Assembly: GCA_009602725.1 (NCBI GenBank) | Contig: WELB01000003.1 | Span: forward strand, 1,345,710-1,409,709 | Direction: 5' to 3' | Length of the DNA: 64,000 nt | Source of the DNA: Spirogloea muscicola | Lineage: Eukaryota | Part shown: piece after piece, positions 25,275 to 36,850 of the stretch | How positions within the stretch are numbered: position 1 is the first letter of the stretch | Layout of the letters: each line of letters opens with the position of its first letter | Notes under the pieces: model-generated | Told to the model about the DNA's origin: nothing | Seen by the model: only the letters and a program-made list of their open reading frames with translations | Database searches by the model: none | Translations under genes and position numbers: made by a program

Positions 25275-25514
25275 TGCGGCAAGTTGCGGGAGGGCGGCAG
25301 CGGCGGCGATGGCATCACGCCCGCGGCGTCCGCGGCTCCTCCCCATCTCTCCCTCCTCTTCTCCCTCTCTCCTCCCCCTCCTCTCCTCCGCTCCCCCCTC
25401 CTCCCTCCCTCCTCCCCCGCTCTCATCCCAGCCCGCACCCAACGGCCTCGCCGCGGCCCCGGCCCGCTGCCGCCGAGCGCACAAGGCTCAGCGCGGCCGT
25501 CGCTTCTCCACTTA

Positions 25515-25546
<32 letters not shown>

Positions 25547-25885
25547 NNNNNNNNNNNNNNNNNNNNNNNNNNNNNNNNNNNNNNNNNNNNNNNNNNNNNN
25601 NNNNNNNNNNNNNNNNNNNNNNNNNNNNNNNNNNNNNNNNNNNNNNNNNNNNNNNNNNNNNNNNNNNNNNNNNNNNNNNNNNNNNNNNNNNNNNNNNNNN
25701 NNNNNNNNNNNNNNNNNNNNNNNNNNNNNNNNNNNNNNNNNNNNNNNNNNNNNNNNNNNNNNNNNNNNNNNNNNNNNNNNNNNNNNNNNNNNNNNNNNNN
25801 NNNNNNNNNNNNNNNNNNNNNNNNNNNNNNNNNNNNNNNNNNNNNNNNNNNNNNNNNNNNNNNNNNNNNNNNNNNNNNNNNNNNN

Positions 25886-27738
25886 CGCGGCGGCGCGCCG
25901 CCCGCCTCCGCCAGCGCCTCCGCCGCGGCGGCGGCAGCGGCTGCGGCAGCATGCGGCGTCGAGCACCTCGTGCTCTGCCTGCTGCTGCAGCACGGGCACC
26001 TCACGCCTCGGGCGCTGGCGCTCGTCTCCTGCGTCAACACCTCCTTCCGCCAGGTCACCGCTTGATATATCGCTGGATCCAGACCCATCAGACGACCACT
26101 TAGGAGTAATAGAAATAGGAAATTTCGGTGGTTCATTGTCAAAGCCAGGACATGGATCGTTGCCACACATGACAGAGGCATACATTGACACAATCTGGTT
26201 CCCAACTGCTGCCATAACTCAATCAATAATGCACGACACCACTTGTTCACTGGAGCAAGGCGTTCAGTCGTCCCGGTCGTCAAGGCTGCGGTGCCTCGTC
26301 CGCGGTTGTGGCCTGCGCTGTGGGCACGCCAGCTGACCCACACTTAAAGGTGAGGTGTGCAGGCCACTGAGGACGAGGGCCTGTGGCGCATGGCCTGCCT
26401 CATGACCTGGCCATCCATGGACGCCGCCAGCGTTGAGCTCCATGTGCGCGCTTCTGGCGGCTACCGGAGGTCCAACCCGCATGCCTGACTCAGTAGCTAC
26501 GAATTCTGCTGACACCTTGTCACACAGCACGTCATTCACGGTCCACATATAATAAAAACTCCTGTAATTGAAGAGCTTCACATTTGGAGTCCATTTACTG
26601 AGCTGCTCACAAGACGAACAAGCTTTGGGTTTCTAAGTGAAGTGTCTCTGAGGACTTAGTATGTGTTGTTGGCCGATCTTCTCTCTCTGATTGACTTGTG
26701 CTTCGGCATCTCGCCTTTAAGGCGACAGACTGAGCATCAGTACCGTGGCGCTGACCGCGCAGGTACTACCGGCTGCGGATGAGTGGCGCTGGCGGGTCAC
26801 TCCAGGTTGGCCTGTCGGTTGGCGCCCTGGCGGCATTCCTGTCGCAGCTCTTCTTTTTAGTCGACGTGGAATACCGGCAGCGCGCCATGTACTCGCGCAA
26901 GGTGGACCGCGCCGACCTCCTGCTCGTTGAGGAGAAGGAGGCGCTTATCCTCCGGCTGCCCGACCAGCAGGTACGAAGGTGTGGCCGCCCCATACGGACG
27001 CCAAACCACTTAACCACTTGATTGTAACCTTAAATTGTGACCACCCACTCTCTTGGCAGCTGGCTGTGTCTTCACTCACTCTGGTCAGTTGCACGGAGTC
27101 TTACCGTGCTCCTCCCTCCACCTTGCCTGTCCGCTCCCCCTGCTCCCTTCCCTCCCCCCTACCTGGGACACACGGCCAAGCGCAGGTGGGCGTGACACTG
27201 GTCCAGGGCGCCAATGGTCTGTCGGGTCGGCGGTGGCTGGAGCGCGGCATTCGGGACCTGCGGTTGAGCTGCGTGGCTGTGCACATGGGCCAGCACAAGT
27301 TCCTGGACGTCATGGCGGGTGTAGGAATGCACCAGGGCAAGGTCGGCAGGTGCGGAACGATGCTACCAAAGCAAGTGTGGCTAATTAAGAGTGGCAGCAC
27401 TGATAATAATGATAAGCCCTAGGGGCTTGAGGCCTGACAGGAATTCTTCGTGCTCTCCTCTCCTGTGCAGCAATGTCTTCGTGACCTTCCAGACGACGTT
27501 CCTGCTGCCGGGCCTGTTCCAGCACAGCATGCTGCACGTGGACGTCATCCTGACGGTCAGCGCACTCGTCAAGGCCCTACGGCCAGAAGAGAAAGAAGAT
27601 GGGGAGGAGGGCGTGACGCTGGAGCTGGTGCTGCGCCAGGCAGGCCTACAAGTGAAGGCAGAGCCTGCTCAACACAGCCGTACCCGGTTGAGGCGGCTTG
27701 CTGCAGTGGACCCTGCCTGCGAGATGAAGTGGTTGTGA
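25886..27738 (+). CDS. F-box protein (plant type); start probably in the gap
   Basis: Exons about 25886-26053, 26363-26469, 26763-26970, 27186-27349 and 27470-27738 splice in frame to ...HLTPRALALVSCVNTSFRQ/ATEDEGLWRMACLMTWPS...GGYRRYYRLR...FFLVDVEYRQ, an F-box plus LW...C...WP pattern. Confidence 0.72.
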
Positions 27739-28894
27739 TGCCGCAACCGCTGGTGAGGGTGCGCTGCCCGCTCACCTTTCAGCAAGGCCCCCATTTGGTG
27801 CAGAGCTGTGCGGAGAGATGGACGCATGCAGTCTTATCTTTGCTCTCCTCCTATGTCACGTATTACTTCAGCTACACTTCTATCTGCATCCCTTTTTTTG
27901 CTGGTGACTGTCCTCATCTTGATTGTACATTTGTTCCACATATTATAGCGTCTTGGTCTGGCCACTCACAGCCACCGACCTTTCAAATAGCAACTTTGTC
28001 ATTACATGCCCCTGCCTGTTTATCACTCAGCAATCAAGGTCCTCTGCTGTTCCTCTATGAAATTGCATACACCCTTACCGCGCTTTGGCTGCTACTTTAG
28101 GATTTGTCGGGGTGACTCTTTTCCAACTGCAACTCATTCCTACTTGTGGCTGCTGGTTTGGGGTTATACTGCTCCGCCTTTTGCCGTAGTCTCTTGCTGG
28201 CGCTTTTGATTGAGAAAACTTGCATCAATGGGCCGGCTCAGCTTCAAGAACGACCGTCCGGCCTACATGCTGATATCAGTATGCGGACTTTAGGTATTGA
28301 GATGGTGGTACACAGAGGGCAAAGAAGAAAGGGTACGCGCGAAACAAACATGAAGCCAAGCCGAGCCAATGCAGAATGGAAAAACGTTATGAGTAAGGTC
28401 TTGCCACTGCTGCGCGGAGGAGGTAGCTGTTGTGTACACATTTATTGCACACGTTGCTGGAGCCGCTCCCGAGGTCCTCCCCAAGTACAAGGTCCTCCCC
28501 AAGTACATGACTAATCCTACTATGAGTAGAGCTGGACGCCTATCAGTGTGAAGAATCAATTCTCCTTGATTGTAAGTGAAATTGCTGGCGTGCTGCTGCC
28601 GCTGCCAAGGGTATAGAAGAAGAAGGGTACAGGTCTGACCACTCATTAATACAGCTGGCTTCCCACATTGCAGCCATAACATTGAGCAATACCTTTTCCT
28701 GCATATATTTTCTGCTCGCGACAAGTCCATATGCAGATTTTGGCGTCCAACAAATCTGGCATTTTTGTATACGCCAGATGGTCGTCCATCCACCCAAACG
28801 CGATGCACAGGACTGGAAAAGTCTTAGTAGAACTCTACTTAAAGAAAGATGCGCCAAGTGGTCAAACAGGATAGCAATAGAGTTAGCAAATTGT

Positions 28895-29011
28895 GGATAC
28901 GACACGAGGACTTCCCGGGAGGTCAACCATCCCAGTACTATTCTCGCCCAAGGGAACTTAACTTCGGAGATCTGATGGGATCCGGTGTAGTGGCCCTGGT
29001 ATGATCGTATT
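28895..29011 (-). rRNA. Solitary cytosolic 5S rRNA gene or pseudogene
   Basis: The minus strand reads AATACGATCATACCAGGGCCACTACACCGGATCCCATCAGATCTCCGAAGTTAAGTTCCCTTGGGCGAGAATAGTACTGGGATGGTTGACCTCCCGGGAAGTCCTCGTGTCGTATCC. This is about 117 nt and colinear with streptophyte 5S. Helix I ATACGA/TCGTAT pairs. Confidence 0.92.
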
Positions 29012-29171
29012 ATCGATCGGAGTTAGCTGTGGAGCATAAACATATATATTATGACAAAATCTGATATTAGTTGAAGTTTTTGAAATTGATGCTACCTGCT
29101 TGTTTGCCAGATCGATGCATCACCTGTCAGCTCTGAGTGGCAGCTTGTACCCGGCAAACAGGACGGACTCA

Positions 29172-29315
29172 TGTTGCTGTTAACATAGGACTAGCAGGCA
29201 TGTAATTACCAAGGTGCTCTACCGTATCTGATGCATAGAAAATGATAATGGATATGAACACAATAGCTACCCAACCTACAAGGTCCTTCACGCAGAAGTA
29301 AGGATCAGTAAATAT
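29172..29315 (-). pseudogene. cob: Nuclear mitochondrial insertion (NUMT): diverged cytochrome b fragment
   Basis: [42 protein letters not shown] versus plant mitochondrial Cob [43 protein letters not shown] (recalled). The segment is locally AT-rich. Confidence 0.85.
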
Positions 29316-29499
29316 CCACTGCTGGGGAGGCGCACACAGTACACCTGAGCAAGCAACCCAGCAGCACTGAAGCCGGGCTGCTCGCCCTGCTGCATAGGGC
29401 TTCGCTTTACGTAGCCTTGTTTTCTGCACTAGTTTCTGCCTGAACAATGCATTGGCTTGAGTTGGCCTCCACATGTGCACCGCGGGCCTTCTCTCCTGC

Positions 29500-30800
29500 T
29501 GCTCATTACGGCAGGTCACCGCCTGCGGCGCAAGCCACTGGAGGATGTTGGGCCACCAAGTCTCGAACGCCGCGTGGCCATCAATTGCCAGCGCCACATA
29601 CTCATCACTTGCAGGATGGTCCGTGTACATGCGGTCCTTGGTGCCTGCAGCCTTGCCAACAGCATACCCCGCCTGCTCCTAAGTGGATCGGTATTGTGAC
29701 ATAAGATTAAGTAAAGGTCACGACATCGGTGTCAATGAGAGGACCCCCATCAGGCAAGATGGTGACGAGTTTGACTTGCCGAGTGTGGGAACTATCACCA
29801 CTGCCCTTCTGGACTTAGCATGTTGGACGTATTGTCCATGGCTACCTGGTAGCCAGCCTCCACGAGAATGCCGAATGCATTGTCTCTGATGAGGTCGTGG
29901 GTGCCGGTCCGCTTTCCCATCTGTACGATCGGAGCATCTGCGAAACAACGACGGTCCTGCATAGTGCTCTTCCTACTCGCACTGGACCACGCCTTTGAGG
30001 CAGGGCGGATGAAGGCCGAGGGAATGGTGGACGGCCGCCCAACGACCTCTTCAGGCATGCAGAGCGCTGTGTACCTTGGGAGCACCATCAGTCACACCAC
30101 TATCTCTAGGGAGGACGTACTAGCAGCCACGTGCCCATGAAGTCCTGTTGAGAAGGAGCTTCACAGACGAGTCAAAGGCCACCTTCTCCAGTAGCAAGCT
30201 TGGGCCTGCAAGTCGGCGGTGTGTGCGAATGCAAAGGGGCCTGCTTACTGTACCAGGTCTGCCAGCAGCACGTTGCGGACCGAGTGGAGGACAATGCTCT
30301 GGTCTCCACGTCCGCTGCAGCCTCCCGCAGCCTCCTCCAGCGCGCGACAGCCATCCAGGATGAAGCACTGGGACACAGGAGCTGCGACCTACCCAGCTGC
30401 CCCAAGACGCCGCCTGACAGGCGCGGGCAAGTGGGCGGCAGCAGACCGCCTCGTTGCCGGAGAGGGAGGAAGGCCCCGGACCGGGTACTGCAGGCGCTGC
30501 GCAATTCTACTGGCAACATGGCGAACGCCAGTTGCATATTCTGCAGCTTCAAGCGGAGATCCTGCGGCCGGAGGTGTTCCTGCAGCCGTGCCTGCAGCTG
30601 CTCCGCCTTATGAACGCTGTTTCAGCAATGGGAACCCCATGGAGGGTGAGACAATACGAAAGGGACTAGGACGATGGGAGCAATGGCAGGGTGGCAGGGA
30701 GTCTTGCAGCGCCCTGCGGCGACCATGTGACACACTACTATGCGCGGATGGTCAGGCAGTTCACGGCCAGCTGCTGTTGAAGGGTGGCGAAGGCGGCCAC
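29500..30800 (-). mobile_element. Degraded RLE-type (CRE-like) non-LTR retrotransposon, 3' part of the ORF
   Basis: Minus strand in order: L..GEGGL (thumb-region LP...GGLG-like, about 30180), GTHDLIRD...EAGY (RHD..RD motif, about 29890), PD motif, then KDRMYTDHPASDEYVALAIDGH (RLE end). Frameshifted. The 5' limit is uncertain. Confidence 0.65.
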
Positions 30801-31299
30801 GACGTTGCTTGCCGAGCGGCGTGGCGTCGTCGATGAAGGTGGGCACACGAGGACGCCAGCGTGCGCAGCGGCAGCGGCCTTCAAGGCAAGCTGTCCATTG
30901 ACCACAGAAGCGGACGTACAAGAGACGGTAAGGAGCAAGGAGGGCTGTCGCTTGCTGGGTATGGCACTGCGGACGCCCGAGACGAGCCTCGGCTGCCGCC
31001 GCCGCGCCGGGCCTCCTCGGCTGGCGCCCGGCCTCGGGCCTCGGTGCCTGCGGGGCCCGCGGGGCTCATGGCCGCCCGGCACGACGCGGGAGGTGGGCCT
31101 CGTGCTCCGCGTGGGGCGTCGTGGGAGGGCCCACTTCAATCGTTGTGGGGCGCTGTTGCCGCGGCCGCCCCCGTAGCAGGGGCGGCGGATGCCACTGTTG
31201 CCCATGTTCTGACGGCCGAGTGGTCGTCTTGGGGTCCCCCCCCCCCGGTCCCACGTCCACGTCCGTGTGTCCTGGTCCCCCACTCCCGCCTTCCTTGCA

Positions 31300-32240
31300 A
31301 AGAAGATGGCTCGCCCATAGAAAAAGAGGGGCTAGCAAAGAAGAAAGTGCTCGCCCATTGAGAATAGGGGCTGGAACAACCAGCCCGAAAAAGAATGAAC
31401 AGAGTACGAGAAGGGGGCCAGGGGAAGCGCTAAGTAACAGAAACAAAGCTGCTACGAGACACTCAGTAACCCCTGCTAAGCAGCCGCAGCCAGCCCAAGA
31501 AAGACTGGACAATGTCCACAGGCCAAAGAAAAGGGGCTGAACAACCAGCCCGAAAGAGAATGAACAGAGTACAAGAAGGGGGCCAGGGGAAGCGCTAAAG
31601 AAAAGCGCCTCAAAGGCCACAAAGCAGTGCCCGGAAAGACAAAACTACGAAATGATGCAGATGGATGCTCAGTAGCCACTTCCTTGCAGCCTCTCGCGCC
31701 CAGGTGAATCCCAGTTGCCTGGTCGGTATTGCTGCAGCGGTCAATGGCACACGCGTTGCGGTCGCGCTTTGGCTTCAGCCTCTGGCTATCGACGGGGGAC
31801 CCGCTACCCGGTCACTAATTCTTTGGACCTGCGGCTGCTCGCGAGAAGGCGATATTGAAAACCCAGTGGCCCACTTGAGTCGCTGTGTGCTTTAGAGCTT
31901 TTCTGGCGCTGCGGCGCTCCGGCTCCCCAAGTTAGCTTGTCAGATTTGTTTGTGCTCACCCGTGGGTACTAATGTCATCTTAGGTACCTTAGATTAGGTC
32001 TCCGTATTATGTAGCATTTTTTAGTCTGCACTCGACTCTGCCTGAACAATGTATTGGCTTGAATTGGCCTCCCTTTCAATTCATGCGCCCCGCGCGCCTT
32101 CTCTCTCTCTCTCTCTGGCCCCTTTGGACTTTGTTCGTTCACTTTATCTGGGCTGGCCAACCACGGCCATCGCCCTCTATTGGAAGAGTCTTTCTTCCTT
32201 GCAGATGCGAGCGACGCGGTCCTTCGCCCTTGCTCATGCA
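31300..32240. repeat. Block of the unclassified modular dispersed repeat family
   Basis: 31339-31489 is the near-exact reverse complement of 63591-63744 and 38395-38545. About 31995-32105 is the near-exact reverse complement of about 52487-52598. Confidence 0.9.
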
Positions 32241-32821
32241 AACTTTGCCTCGCTCAGCACGAACAACATCGAGCCCCGGCACAGCAAGGTCCATGGGTGG
32301 ATCGCCTTACACATGATGCATACGGCATTGAATATTTGCAATAGAAGCTGGCTGTTGTCACCACATTGCAACTTGTTTCCACGTAATTAGGGGAGTCTGA
32401 CTAACATCCTTCCGCAATCAGCTAGAAGCCATGACCAGAAGGAGCTGACAGTCAGTAGGCATTTCAAGTTTGCTGTTGCTGCACTAACAAAAACCGCACA
32501 CAGCGAATGCACCAGAATTGATGCAAGTCAATAGTGTGCGCGTTTGAGAGCGGGTGACCAAGAGAGTAATGTTCTGATTAGCTGCGTCTTCTTCTCTGAG
32601 ATGTAGTACACTATTAAAATGGAGTACGAGTTCATGTTGTGTGTCCATTACAAACAATACCTTAAAGACATGGTGCAAGCTTTGGAAGTTTGGCATACCC
32701 TTAAGGCTCTTTATTAAGTCAGGCCATCAAGGAGGACTTTGGGCAATGTTCTAGGCCCTTGTTTAGGGTCATAGAGAAGCTGACCAGACCAGACAATTCC
32801 TGTACAAGATCTGAAGCTGAC

Positions 32822-34766
32822 TCACGCCAAGAGAGGTGTGCAAGGGCCCAAGAGGTATGGAACATCCTCACAGAGGTCACCGAGGCCGACTGCCCAGTCA
32901 CTGTCGTCATTGTAGTCACCGAAGTAGGGGGCTTCCAACAGGTCCATGGGCGAGAAGCAGGGCGGCTCCTGCTTCACGACAGCGCTGTAGACAGAGAGGC
33001 TGGCATTGCCCTCCAGAGCCTGCCGGAGGTGGCAAGGCAAGTCCACGTTGGAGGCTGGTGGCGAGCCAGTAGTGAGGTCAGAGCTGGACCTTGACGAGAC
33101 GAGCTGCTCCTGCTTCACGTGCTCGTGGGCACCTTCCGGTGTGGTCGGCTGAGCGTGGCAATCGTTGGGCTGCGCAAGCCACGAGCTCGCCATCGACCCG
33201 CCTTCGTGTTGGGGCTCAGGAAGGAGGGTAGGCGTGCATGCCGCAGGTTTGCCAGCCAGGACATCGGTGTACTTGCGCTGCTGGTTGTCCCATGCCCGGC
33301 TCAGCAGCCCGGAGTCTGGCATAAGCTGGACGAACTGCGGGCCGCAGCCGCGGGCCGCCTCGAGGCTGGAGAAGAGCTCTTCGACCTGCGAAACGTGCAC
33401 AAGCTTCCTGCTGGGCGCCCCTACCTGTGGTAACTCGCACTTGTTCACCTCTACTTTGACAGCAAGGGGTTGGCCAGAAGCCTTGCTGGACTTGGGGCTT
33501 CTGGTGGCTGCCACCTTGACTAGCTGCCTGGAGGTTTCTTTTGAGATGAACGACGTCGTCAGGCTCGATGACGAGGGCGAGAGTTCCCGCTTCGAGTGAG
33601 GTGTGGCAGGCTCCACCGAAAGCCAGTGCGGCCGGTCCACCACAGTGCAGCTGCTCTCGCTTCCGCAGCTGCTGGTGGCGGGCGACGATGGGCTGGCACT
33701 GGCATTGGCAGCCTCGGCCCGCGAACGTTGGAGGGCCTCTATAGTGGCAGGCGCGAGCTTGATGTCGAACGTCGTCCGGTTGGGGAAGTTGAGGAAGGGG
33801 CCGCCCGCCTGGCTGCCCCGCAGAATGCGCGCCGCAAAGTCGTATGCCTGGCCGGCCTGCAGCGTCATCATGCAGAAGTTGGCGTCAGCTCTTGTAATCA
33901 CTGCAAACCATGCTGCCCACAATCGCTTGCAGTAAAGGAGGGAGCTCGACGTCCGACACGCCGCCAGTTCTCACCTCCTCGGCGGTGTCAAAGGAGCCGA
34001 GCCAGATGCGGGAGCGCTTGCGGGGCTCACGGATCTCCGCCACCCACTTGCCCCACTTGCGCAGCCTCGCGCCCTTGAAGCAAGTGTCGCCTGCCGCTAG
34101 CGCGGCCGGCGGGTGGCCACCAGGCCCGGCAGCCGGCGCCTCGCCGCAGCTGGCGCCTCCGCCCTCGTCCTCTCTTTCCGCGGCGGGACGCGCCCAGCCC
34201 GCGCTGGCCTGTGACAGGACGAGGATGCAGGCTGGTGAGGTGCTTGTGCTTGCAGCTTCGATCGGCGCGACGAGCAAGCATGCAGTGGCATTCTGTCTGC
34301 ATGCTCGCGGACCGCTGCTCCTCTGCCAATGCATCTGCCTCAGTGGCTCACATCCCGCCCCTCAGTTCCGCACACCCAAGAAAGGAGAGGGATGCATTCC
34401 TGGGCAGAACGCGATGAAAATGGAAGATGGGGTCCGCCACCAATCAAATGGGGCAGGCAGCACAGGTGGCAGGGTACTGTGCTGCACCTCGGAGGCCGTG
34501 CTAGGTGCTGCAACGCCGTTGACGCCATCGTCCACCTTGATGGCCTTGGATGCTCCGTCCCCGGCGGGTAGCGAAGCATCGCGGGCATGCTTCTTGCTCG
34601 GACTCTTCAGCTCGGCTGCGTGGCCTCTCTCCCCCGGCTGGCAGCTGGCATCGGCCGAATCCCAGCAATGGGGGGCGGGCCCATCGTGGTGCCCGGGCGA
34701 GGACAGCTGCAGGCACTGCCCGGCCCGGTTGCGCGGGAACGGCCGCGGCCGCGCGTGCGCCTGCAT
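32822..34766 (-). CDS. AP2/ERF transcription factor with a single AP2 domain, DREB-like; 3 exons
   Basis: [35 protein letters not shown] / intron 33974-33857 / [14 protein letters not shown]....LNFP, followed by a Ser-rich region and an acidic C-terminus. Exons about 34766-34488, 34208-33975 and 33856-32822. The start codon is uncertain. Confidence 0.9.
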
Positions 34767-35469
34767 GGCGACCGCGATCGGCGTCGGAGGAGCTCTCGCC
34801 AACGCCGGCTCGCAGCCTTCCAACCGCCCGGCCTCGCCGCGGGCTCGTGGGCGCATTGCCCGGGGCGGCGCAGCAATGGCGGCGGCGGCGCAGGAGGAGC
34901 GGCGAGGGAGAGAGAGAGTGGGGAGAGGGGTGGCGACGCCCGTCGCTCAACAGTGGGGCAGAGAGTGTGGGGGAGAGCGGGCACGGCCGTTCGGTGCGGG
35001 CACGCGGGAGGTTGCGCAGTCGGGGGGGGCGAGCTCGAGGGGCGCTCGGCTACGGAGGTGGGGGGGGGGGCTGTCAAGTTGCGCACGCGAGTGGGGGGTG
35101 GCGCTAGGCCCCTGGGTCCCGGGGAGAGCCCCCGCACACGCCCGCAGATCGCGGCGCGGCCGCCGGGCGCGCTGTAATGTCGTCTGGAATGGCGACAAGG
35201 TCCGGCCGTCGCGGCCCGGCAGACCAGGTGGGCGCCGCCCAGGGGCCGCGCGGTGGGCGTCCCGTCGCGACGCGGGGGCGGCCCCGCCGTGTCCGGGGGC
35301 CTCCACCATCCGCTCCCTCTCTCCGAAGCCGGGCTCCGGCCACATCACGCCCCGCCGCCTGCCAGCTCGCCCGCCGGCCCCCTGACTGGCGCCGGCGGCA
35401 CGTTCACGTTACATTCCACGGTAGCGCTGATCGGGCCTAAAGTGTTTGTCCGTCAAGCGATGAACCGCA

Positions 35470-35655
35470 GAAGGGCAAGAAGAAGTGGCTCTCCCAATGG
35501 GGGCAAGGGCTGTGAGAAGCCAGCCCGAGAAGAATTGACAAGGTTCGAAGGGGCCAAACTACGAAGGGCAAGAAGAAGTGGCTCTCCCAATGGGGGCAAG
35601 GGCTGTGAGAAGCCAGCCCGAAAAGAATTGACAAGGTTCGAAGGGGCCAAACTAC
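35470..35655. repeat. Near-perfect tandem duplication of a 93-bp unit of the modular repeat family
   Basis: The unit gaagggcaagaagaagtggctctcccaatggggg...gaaggggccaaactac starts at 35470 and 35563; one mismatch seen. Confidence 0.95.
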
Positions 35656-36464
35656 GAGCTAAGCAGCGACTGCGGGGCCTGAAGAGGCTATGGCAGAAGG
35701 GGGGAGGATGGACCACTTAGTAGTTACGAGTGAGGAGCCTCACATCCGACAGACTAGCTGCCGGTAAACTATCCCCCNNNNNNNNNNNNNNNNNNNNNNN
35801 NNNNNNNNNNNNNNNNNNNNNNNNNNNNNNNNNNNNNNNNNNNNNNNNNNNNNNNNNNNNNNNNNNNNNNNNNNNNNNNNNNNNNNNNNNNNNNNNNNNN
35901 NNNNNNNNNNNNNNNNNNNNNNNNNNNNNNNNNNNNNNNNNNNNNNNNNNNNNNNNNNNNNNNNNNNNNNNNNNNNNNNNNNNNNNNNNNNNNNNNNNNN
36001 NNNNNNNNNNNNNNNNNNNNNNNNNNNNNNNNNNNNNNNNNNNNNNNNNNNNNNNNNNNNNNNNNNNNNNNNNNNNNNNNNNNNNNNNNNNNNNNNNNNN
36101 NNNNNNNNNNNNNNNNNNNNNNNNNNNNNNNNNNNNNNNNNNNNNNNNNNNNNNNNNNNNNNNNNNNNNNNNNNNNNNNNNNNNNNNNNNNNNNNNNNNN
36201 NNNNNNNNNNNNNNNNNNNNNNNNNNNNNNNNNNNNNNNNNNNNNNNNNNNNNNNNNNNNNNNNNNNNNNNNNNNNNNNNNNNNNNNNNNNNNNNNNNNN
36301 NNNNNNNNNNNNNNNNNNNNNNNNNNNNNNNNNNNNNNNNNNNNNNNNNNNNNNNNNNNNNNNNNNNNNNNNNNNNNNNNNNNNNNNNNNNNNNNNNNNN
36401 NNNNNNNNNNNNNNNNNNNNNNNNNNNNNNNNNNNNNNNNNNNNNNNNNNNNNNNNNNNNNNNN

Positions 36465-36850
36465 ACCCTAGCCTCTCTGATTTGCGGCTGCTTAGCAGGG
36501 GTTACTGAGTAATTTGTAGCTGCTTTCTTTCTTTGTGTGCTTTGGTTTCTTAGCGCTTCCTCTGGCTTCCTCTGGCCCCCTTCTCGTTCTTTGTTCATTC
36601 TTTTTTGGGCTGGCTTGTCCAGCCCCTATCCTCAATGGGCGAGCCCTTTCTTCTTTCTTCTTTTCTCTATGGGCGCGCACTTTCTTTCTTCTTCTTTATC
36701 CTCAATGGGCGAGCCCTTCTTCTTCCGCGCTTTCTTCTTTCGAAGGAAGGGCTCGCCCATTGAAGGGCCCGAGGTACATTACTTTGGCTGGTCTTTGGGC
36801 TGGCCTCTCACAATTATTGTTGTAAATTGGAAGAGCTGTTTCCTCCCTTC
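36465..36850. repeat. Modular dispersed repeat block
   Basis: 36465-36653 is nearly identical to the reverse complement of 62989-63178. Several ctcaatgggcgagccc motifs are present. Confidence 0.9.

Noticed and set aside
26060..26260. AT-richer open stretch in the F-box intron as a possible organellar insert
   Set aside because: No frame matched a protein I recognise. A BLAST search would be needed.
28472..28507. 18-bp direct tandem repeat aggtcctccccaagtaca x2 (similar 20-bp pair at 11996-12040)
   Set aside because: Simple local duplications with no inserted element between them.
33910..35385. 491-aa plus-strand ORF and similar long GC-rich ORFs (for example 56850-57944 N-terminus, 57154-57996)
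   Set aside because: They are antisense to or overlap real genes or GC-rich promoters, have low-complexity Ala/Gly/Arg/Pro composition and show no recognisable domain.
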